A stretch of 64,000 nucleotides of DNA from the NCBI GenBank assembly GCA_965215505.1, contig OZ244065.1, positions 6,016,001 through 6,080,000 of the forward strand, given 5' to 3'. Of the stretch, positions 57,843 to 64,000 are shown piece by piece. Numbering within the stretch: the stretch's first letter is position 1; each line of letters opens with the position of its first letter. The DNA is from Capsulimonadaceae bacterium. Its GTDB lineage: Bacteria; Armatimonadota; Armatimonadia; Armatimonadales; Capsulimonadaceae. The position numbers and the translations under genes were made by a program. The notes under the pieces are model-generated. The model did no database searches, was not told where the DNA came from, and saw only the letters and a program-made list of their open reading frames with translations.

Positions 57843-58439
57843 GTGGAACCGAAATACCTTGACGATGCCTTGTCCCTCGCCCATGGCGGTGCGCGGCGCG
57901 CGGGGCTGAACGTGGAGGACACGGAAGACTGTGTCCTCCACTTCGCCCAGAAGATGCTGACGGCTCCGCTGCCAACGTCTAATGTCGAGGCGTGGATGCG
58001 CGAGAGCGCGCGTAACCATGTCATTGACTATGCCCGTGCCCGGCAAAAGCGGCTGACGCATGAATGCTACTGGCCGCAGACTGTCTCCGACAGCGGCCAG
58101 CCTGTAAAGCGGGACTGCCAGGATGGAGCGCCGAGCGTTGAAGCCGAGCTGCTTCAGGACGAACTCCGGCGGCTCCTGATGGTGGCTCTGATGGAACTCT
58201 CCCCCATGGCGCGGGAAGTCTTCCTTCGCCACCACCTTTCCGGCGAGTCTGCCGAAGAGATCGCCACCTCTTCCGGCCGCACCCCCCATGCCGTCGAGCA
58301 AAGCCTTTACCGCTCCCGGAAGCATCTGCGCGCCGCCCTGGAGCGGCATGGCTCGACGGAAGCCGAACTGCGCCAGTACCTCACCGACGACCCCGGCCCC
58401 CTGCTGTGCTGGCACTCCCCCGATCCCAAAGAACCATGA
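57843..58439 (+). CDS. ECF-type RNA polymerase sigma factor
   Basis: DTEDCV, W...ARNHVIDY.R, LSPMAREVFLRHHL.G.S.EEIA...LYRSRKHLR; AGGAGG SD. Confidence 0.85.
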   Translation: MEPKYLDDALSLAHGGARRAGLNVEDTEDCVLHFAQKMLTAPLPTSNVEAWMRESARNHVIDYARARQKRLTHECYWPQTVSDSGQPVKRDCQDGAPSVEAELLQDELRRLLMVALMELSPMAREVFLRHHLSGESAEEIATSSGRTPHAVEQSLYRSRKHLRAALERHGSTEAELRQYLTDDPGPLLCWHSPDPKEP

Positions 58440-58681
58440 TCTCGACCGTGAGAAAATGGGGCGTGAGGTTTTGTCCGCTCGGAGCGTTATAGTCACTGTC
58501 ACCCACAGACGCTCAGGCAGCAGGGGACAAGAGGACAGGCCACCGTGACCGCTGAACAACTCACCACACCAAAACCGACGACGTTCGCGCGAAAGCTCGC
58601 GCGCCTGCTGGATGGCCCTCTCCTGTTCGTCTGCCTGAGCGCCGCCACCATGGTTCTCGGAGTCAAGTTCGCCCTGCTCTA

Positions 58682-59537
58682 GGGAGTGCCTAAAGTAAGT
58701 CGGCAACAAAGTCACACCCCTCGGCGGGCAGCTTCGGGAACGCCCGCTTGGCCCGCTGCCGCCGGTTCCAGGCGTACACGAACAAGGCCACTGCCCGCGT
58801 CAGCGCCCACAGGCACCGCGAGAAGCACCGGCTCTTGCGGGCCAGCCGCGCCAGATAGTGCCGCAGCTCGGCGTTGTCCCCCTCCACGCTGAATGTCTCG
58901 CTCTTGCCCGGTGCCACCGCATGAGTGCCCGAATACAGAAGCTGGGCGTAGGTCGGGAAGCCGTCGCTGAAGTAGCGGTAGGCCGGGGGCGCATCATCCA
59001 CGACCTGCTGCATGGCCTCCCAGTCTCGGTTCCAGACCACGCCGAAGCCCACGATGCATCGGGTGGCCCGGTCTACGCACGTCAGCAGGTAAGCCGGCTC
59101 TTTTTTTGGGAGACGAACGTGTAGAGTTCATCGAGTTCCAGCGTCTCGACGCTCGCCTCCTTCTGGCGCTCCGTTGGCAACGGGGGCGCAGGCAGATTGG
59201 CGGCGGCGGCGTTGACCCAGTTGGCGACCGATTGCGGGTTGACGCCCAAATGCCGGGCGATGCGCCGGAAGTTGGTGCCGTCCACATACAGCTTGAGGGC
59301 CTGGCGGCGCACGGACAAGTCGTAGCCCGGTGCCTTCGGCACGGGGGTGTAGGTACGCCCGCAGTGACGACACTCGCGGCGCAGGGTGCCGGTCTGGTTC
59401 TTGCCGGCGCGGTGTTGCTTGGTCGTTGCTCCGCAAGTGGGGCAGATCAGCAAAGGCTCAGAACTGGGATCGGTGCTGGGATTAGGCATGAGCTATTATA
59501 GCCGAAGAATACTTGCCGAGCAACTTTAGGCACTCCC
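58682..59537 (-). mobile_element. IS1-family insertion sequence (856 bp)
   Basis: 25-bp terminal IRs GGGAGTGCCTAAAGTnnnTCGGCAA (22/25 match); 8-bp TSD CTGCTCTA at 58674-58681 and 59538-59545. Confidence 0.95.
58690..59489 (-). CDS. IS1 transposase InsAB expressed by -1 programmed frameshift
   Basis: InsA zinc finger CPTC..CRHC and HTH, ELDELYTFV, slippery A AAA AAG at about 59100-59107, InsB frame with FSDG, VEGDN, RHYLARL.RKSRCFSR. Confidence 0.9.
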
Positions 59538-59910
59538 CTGCTCTACGCGACGCTGGCCGCCCCCGTGATTCCGGGGTGGAACTGGGGCAGCCACCCGAAC
59601 ACGCTGCTGATCGCCTACCGGGCGTCTACCTGTGGGTGCGGCGCGCATTTCTCCGATGCCATCAGCCAGGGGGCGAAGCACCATGCGGACGTGCTGGTCG
59701 TGGCCTCGGTTGCCGATGCCAAGGGTGCCAGCCTCGCCCCAATCCGTGCCGACCCGCACGTCTGGATTCTCTCCAGCATCCCCTCGCAGACGCTCTCGCG
59801 TCTGCTGCCGAAAGGAGGCACGGCTATTCTGAATATTCAGCACGGCCGCATCACACACCAGATCACCGGCAGCGTCCTTCCGGACGACTTCTTTCACTGA
59901 AAGGCATGGT

Positions 59911-60669
59911 ATGAACAATACGTCAACCGCCGGTGCCTCCGATGCCGTCCGCAACCGCCGTTTGGTTGTCCTCGGCGTGCTGCTCATCCTGGCCGCCGCC
60001 GCCATCACGGGGGGCCGCCTCCTCTACTCGCGGATGCAGCAGGCGCGGCTGACGCAGGACCGGCCCAAAGACTTGCAGTACGGCGTCTCGGTCTACAGCC
60101 CGGAGACGGCAGGCAAGGTGCAGACCCAGCGGCAGAAGTATCTGGCGAAGGCCAGCCTGCTGCGCGACCACTGGCGCGTGTGGGCCGAAGCCCACCAGGC
60201 TCTATTACGGCAGCTCCGGCACTCCCCGCCCGGTGACACCGCCACGCTGATGCGCGTCAGTTCGCTCCTGCCGTCTTCGGCACACCTCAACCAAGCGACG
60301 GGGATAACGCTGGCGGACATCGGCATAAAACCAGGGGACCTTGATAACCCGAACGCGGTGCGTTTCACATGGCAGCCTGGTCCACTCAAACAGCCGATCG
60401 CCGCAGAGTGGGCGCGCACGGACCCCGGCGCTCAAGCCGCCAGTGATCGTACTGATGACATAACCCTTGGAATGAACAAGCGGCAGTTTCAGACGTACCA
60501 TAACATCGCTCTTTCCATGTCCATGAGCGCCGGGCGTTCCCGGATCACGCTCTGGGCGGACGGCCGTATCACCGAGATGGTCGTCCAAGACCAACATATC
60601 AGAGGCAAGCCGACCATCGTTGATGGGCTGGAGAAAGAAATCGCTCCGCCCTACGACTTTCTCAAATAA
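59911..60669 (+). CDS. Hypothetical membrane-anchored protein
   Basis: Single N-terminal TM, clean ORF in the operon. Confidence 0.65.
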   Translation: MNNTSTAGASDAVRNRRLVVLGVLLILAAAAITGGRLLYSRMQQARLTQDRPKDLQYGVSVYSPETAGKVQTQRQKYLAKASLLRDHWRVWAEAHQALLRQLRHSPPGDTATLMRVSSLLPSSAHLNQATGITLADIGIKPGDLDNPNAVRFTWQPGPLKQPIAAEWARTDPGAQAASDRTDDITLGMNKRQFQTYHNIALSMSMSAGRSRITLWADGRITEMVVQDQHIRGKPTIVDGLEKEIAPPYDFLK

Positions 60670-61032
60670 ATGGAGAAGAAAATGCTCAAACTTCGCGCCT
60701 TCAGACTCGGCAACAGCTTTCTGCTCGGTCTGGTCGGCCTCCTAACAGGGTCCGTGTTCGTCCTATCTAATGGCGCGCACGGCGATGCGTTTGGAAGCGA
60801 CTGCGTGCCGGATTGGTCGGTCCTGAGCGCAAGTTGCGACAACGGGACCCAAGTCTCTAGATGGTCTGGGAGCTATTATTGTGCCACCAGTCCCAGTGGT
60901 CTGTGTTGCAGCTACCAGGTCTTCGGGGTTTTCTGCGACGCGAATGGCACAGAAACGCATCTCGGCACCTCTTATCATCTGGTTAGAAAGGGCGAGAGCG
61001 GCAAAACCTGTACATCAATGGGCTGTTGGTAG
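60670..61032 (+). CDS. Small secreted Cys-rich protein (8 Cys)
   Basis: Signal peptide followed by 8 cysteines including a CC pair; lower GC; start may be 60682. Confidence 0.65.
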   Translation: MEKKMLKLRAFRLGNSFLLGLVGLLTGSVFVLSNGAHGDAFGSDCVPDWSVLSASCDNGTQVSRWSGSYYCATSPSGLCCSYQVFGVFCDANGTETHLGTSYHLVRKGESGKTCTSMGCW

Positions 61033-61124
61033 CAAGGCCCAGGCACAGTCTACCGTGCAACAGGTTAGGCACTCGAAGGGTGACAACCCTCCGAGTGCCT
61101 GTGCTGGCTCTTTATGGAGGAAAC

Positions 61125-61823
61125 ATGAGACGGCGTGGCTTTACCCTCATTGAACTGCTGGTCGTGGTCGGCATCATCTCGATCCTGGCCGCGATCCTGT
61201 TCCCCGTCTTCGCCTCGTCCCGCGCCCGCGCCCGCGACACCGTCTGCGTCTCCAACCTGCATCAGATCGGCATGGTGATGGCCCTGTACGCCCAGGACAC
61301 CGACGAACTCTACCCCTACGGCGCGGACCCGATAGACAAGCACACGTCCTTGTGGAACGGCACGAAGTACGCCCCGCAGGTGGCGGCCATGCCGATGCTG
61401 CAAGACATCCTGCGCCCCTACACGGCCTCCGCCACGCTCTGGCGCTGCCCGGACGACACCGGCTATGACGTGGTGGACTCGGACCTGCACGTCGGCGAGG
61501 ATGGCCCGCTGAAGATGGACGCGCGCCCGTCGGCGTTTGAGAAGTTCGGCACCTCCTACTTCTACCGCACTGCCCTGGCGCTGGCCTATGTGCGCTACCC
61601 CGGTGCCGCGTTCTATGAGACCGCCCCGCCTTACCAGGAGCACGGCCCCGCCGAGGTGAGCATCCTGTTCGACCAGGACGGCTTCTGGCACGGCACCGAC
61701 GAGTCGCTGAAGCGCTACACGACCCTGATGGCCGACGGCCATGCGGCCACGCTGGGCTTGGACAGGTTCAAGCAGAATTGGGACCTGAGCGCGAGGCCGG
61801 GACAGCCCGACCTCGCGCCCTGA
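61125..61823 (+). CDS. Prepilin-type N-methylation / DUF1559-like pseudopilin
   Basis: [49 protein letters not shown]...MADGHA. Confidence 0.9.
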   Translation: MRRRGFTLIELLVVVGIISILAAILFPVFASSRARARDTVCVSNLHQIGMVMALYAQDTDELYPYGADPIDKHTSLWNGTKYAPQVAAMPMLQDILRPYTASATLWRCPDDTGYDVVDSDLHVGEDGPLKMDARPSAFEKFGTSYFYRTALALAYVRYPGAAFYETAPPYQEHGPAEVSILFDQDGFWHGTDESLKRYTTLMADGHAATLGLDRFKQNWDLSARPGQPDLAP

Positions 61824-61832
61824 GCGTGCCTC

Positions 61833-62723
61833 ATGCAGACCGAGTGGCGGAACAGCCTGGCCTTTCTGAGACGCGCGGCCCTCAGCGCCTGCGTCCGCCC
61901 ATTCCTGCGCGGGTTGAGCCGCGCGACGGGCCTTGCCGTGTCCGTCATCATGCCGACGTGCGGCAAGGCGACGTACCTGGACCTGACTCTGGCCGCCCTG
62001 GAATGTCAGGTCTTCCCCGCCGACTTGTGGGAGCTGATCGTCATTGACGACGCCTCCGCCGACGCCACCCCCCAGGTCCTGGAGTTCTACGCCGGGCGCG
62101 GGATTCTGCCCCTGGTCTCGCGGCGCTCCCCGAAGAACCGAGGCCGCGCCGGGGCGCGCAACGACGCGCTGGCCCTGGCGCGCGGCCACGTCGTCCTCTT
62201 CCTCGACGACGACCGCCTCACCGGCCCGGACTTCCTCTTGCAGCACGCCCTCCGCCACCGGGGCGAACCCGGCGTCGTTCACGGGAACACGAACCGGCGC
62301 ATCCAGACGCACGGATGCCCGCCGGTCACGCGCGACGAGGTGACGCGGGCGGGCCGCTTTCATCAGCGCGGCCTCGGCTGGGTCTTCCTGACGGCCGGGA
62401 ACTCCTCCGCCCCGCGCGGGCGCGTGGAGGCGGTCGGCGGCTTCGACGAGGAGTTCCAGGGGTGGGGCTTCGAGGACAACGACCTCGCCCTCCGCCTCCA
62501 GCAGTCCGGCCTGCCGCTCCGCTTCGAACCGGCGATCACCACCCTGCACCAGATCCACCCCGCCGGGCCGCAGAAGGCCGCCGACCAGCGGCGCAACATG
62601 CACCACCTCTTCCGCAAACACCCCGCCCTCGACCGCGCGGCGATGGAGCCGCTGTTCACCCTGAAAGTGCCGCCCGACCAGTGGATCAAGCCGCCGGGCG
62701 ACCGTCCCCGCGTCACGGCCTGA
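61833..62723 (+). CDS. GT2-family glycosyltransferase
   Basis: SVIMPT, VIDDAS, GARN, FLDDD, GGFDEEFQGWGFEDNDL. Confidence 0.9.
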   Translation: MQTEWRNSLAFLRRAALSACVRPFLRGLSRATGLAVSVIMPTCGKATYLDLTLAALECQVFPADLWELIVIDDASADATPQVLEFYAGRGILPLVSRRSPKNRGRAGARNDALALARGHVVLFLDDDRLTGPDFLLQHALRHRGEPGVVHGNTNRRIQTHGCPPVTRDEVTRAGRFHQRGLGWVFLTAGNSSAPRGRVEAVGGFDEEFQGWGFEDNDLALRLQQSGLPLRFEPAITTLHQIHPAGPQKAADQRRNMHHLFRKHPALDRAAMEPLFTLKVPPDQWIKPPGDRPRVTA

Positions 62724-62758
62724 CAGGCCGCACTCTGCGCCCGGTTTTTTGTCGCCCC

Positions 62759-62788
62759 GGCAGGAAAGCCCGCCCCGCGCGGCGAACC
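62759..62788 (+). promoter_or_regulatory. Putative SigH-like promoter GCAGG-N18-CGAA; CGAA lies 9 nt before the ATG
   Basis: Third copy of the motif; no SD, so probably leaderless. Confidence 0.5.
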
Positions 62789-62795
62789 CTCCCCC

Positions 62796-64000
62796 ATGAC
62801 GCAAATACTGGAAGAGTACCGGGCAGCGCGGGGGCCGTTGCCGGAGACGATCCACCGCTGGCACCTGCATGGGGCGGGCCTGGAGTCGTTGCGGGAGGCG
62901 ACCATCGCCCTACCCGCCTATGGGCCGGACGAGCTGCTGGTGCGGCACGACGCCTGCGGCATCTGCTTCTCGGACATCAAGATCATCAACCTCGGCCCGC
63001 AGCACCCGCGTTTGCAGGGGCGGGACATGGACGCCCACCCGGTCGTCATGGGGCACGAGGTCGCCCTGACCGTGGCCGGGGTGGGGGCCACCCTGGCGGG
63101 CCAGTTTGAGGTCGGCCAGCGGTTCATCGTCCAAGCCGACGTGTACTACAAGGGCGCGAATCCCGCCTACGGCTATCAGCTCGACGGCGGCATGGCCCAA
63201 TACGGGGTGGTGACGAAAGAGGTCCTGCGCGGCGACGAGGGGTGCTATTTGCTGCCCCTGGCGGACACGACCGGCTATGTGGAGGCCGCCCTCGTGGAGC
63301 CGTGGGCCTGCGTCGTGGCGGCCTACGAATACCCCTACCGTGACGGGCTGGTGGACGGTGGCCGCGTGCTGGTCGTTCACGTCAACCCGGCGCTGAAGGG
63401 AAATGCGGCGGCGCTCGGCATCACGGGCCACCGGCCGGCGTCGGTCGTCACCGTAGACAACGTGGATGGGGCGGACTTTTCGAATTTGCGGCAGCAAGAA
63501 ACGGGCGGGCGCGGGTTCGACGACATCGTCGTCTACGGCACCCCCGAACCCGAATACCTGGCCCGGATCATGGGCTGCCTCGGGCCGCGCGGCGTCCTGA
63601 ACCTCGTGCGCGACCGGCCATTACTGGGAACTGTCCCCGTGGACATCGGGCGGGTGCATTACGAGCAGCACCTATTTATCTCCACCGACGACCCCGCCCA
63701 TCTAGCCGGTGCCTACGCCCGCAACACGCGCCGGGACCTCCGACCCGGCGGCAAGGTCTGGCTGGCCGGCGCGGGCGGGCCGATGGGGCAGATGCATCTC
63801 CAGCGGGCCGTCATGCTGGACGCGCCTCCCGCCCTTGTCGTCGTCAGCGACCGGCACGACGACCGGCTGGCGCGCATCCGGGAGCGCTTCGGCGGGCTGA
63901 TGCAGGAGCGCGGCATCGAGCTGGTCCTGCTGAACGCGGGCGAGGGCGGCGACCCGACCGCCTACGGCCCCTTCGACGACATCCTCAGCATGGTGCCAAG
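62796..64000 (+). CDS. Zn-dependent MDR alcohol dehydrogenase (L-sorbose-1-phosphate-reductase-like), runs off the window
   Basis: Hand translation MTQILEEY...DACGICFSDIK...MGHEV...AYGYQLDGG...LVEPWACV...GAGGPMGQMH; not in the ORF track because it has no stop in the window. Confidence 0.8.
   Translation, partial: MTQILEEYRAARGPLPETIHRWHLHGAGLESLREATIALPAYGPDELLVRHDACGICFSDIKIINLGPQHPRLQGRDMDAHPVVMGHEVALTVAGVGATLAGQFEVGQRFIVQADVYYKGANPAYGYQLDGGMAQYGVVTKEVLRGDEGCYLLPLADTTGYVEAALVEPWACVVAAYEYPYRDGLVDGGRVLVVHVNPALKGNAAALGITGHRPASVVTVDNVDGADFSNLRQQETGGRGFDDIVVYGTPEPEYLARIMGCLGPRGVLNLVRDRPLLGTVPVDIGRVHYEQHLFISTDDPAHLAGAYARNTRRDLRPGGKVWLAGAGGPMGQMHLQRAVMLDAPPALVVVSDRHDDRLARIRERFGGLMQERGIELVLLNAGEGGDPTAYGPFDDILSMVP

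Larger units (their letters stand above)
58545..59900 (+). pseudogene. Membrane-anchored thioredoxin-like (TCGC) protein gene interrupted by IS1
   Basis: Removing the IS and one TSD restores a single frame: ...GVKFALLYATLAAPVIPGWNWGSHPNTLLIAYRASTCGCG...DDFFH*. Confidence 0.8.

Overview
High-GC bacterial chromosome segment, probably Armatimonadota (inferred from DUF1559/H-x-DG pseudopilins, a VPEAST PEP-CTERM tail and Firmicutes-like yacL-ispDF synteny). Housekeeping genes (xylA, guaB3, guaA, nth, pgm, nadE, dgt, atpG, atpD, atpC, ispDF, hpf, pfkA, trxB) are interleaved with short orphan ORFs and a MazEF pair. The window also holds c-di-GMP genes, a bacterial Clp1-like kinase, a TetR-OsmC-rhodanese-acyl-CoA dehydrogenase cassette with a decayed NrtABD-type transporter, and a complete IS1-family element with an 8-bp target duplication. 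Best candidate for a new system: a Cys-containing leader protein ending in two ribosome-arrest motifs (RGPP and RAPP). It is followed by an anti-SD hairpin in front of a Met/His-rich metal-handling operon (beta-barrel-YtkA fusion, YHS protein, metal-binding domain protein, DUF318 permease). Also notable: four families of REPIN-like hairpin elements (three copies directly follow orphan ORFs), a thrice-repeated GCAGG-N18-CGAA promoter-like motif, mirror-image leaderless promoters, and a shared C-terminal EG[VI]WPPxP motif. No tRNA, rRNA or CRISPR array was recognised. All product calls come from motif recognition by eye; no database search was run.
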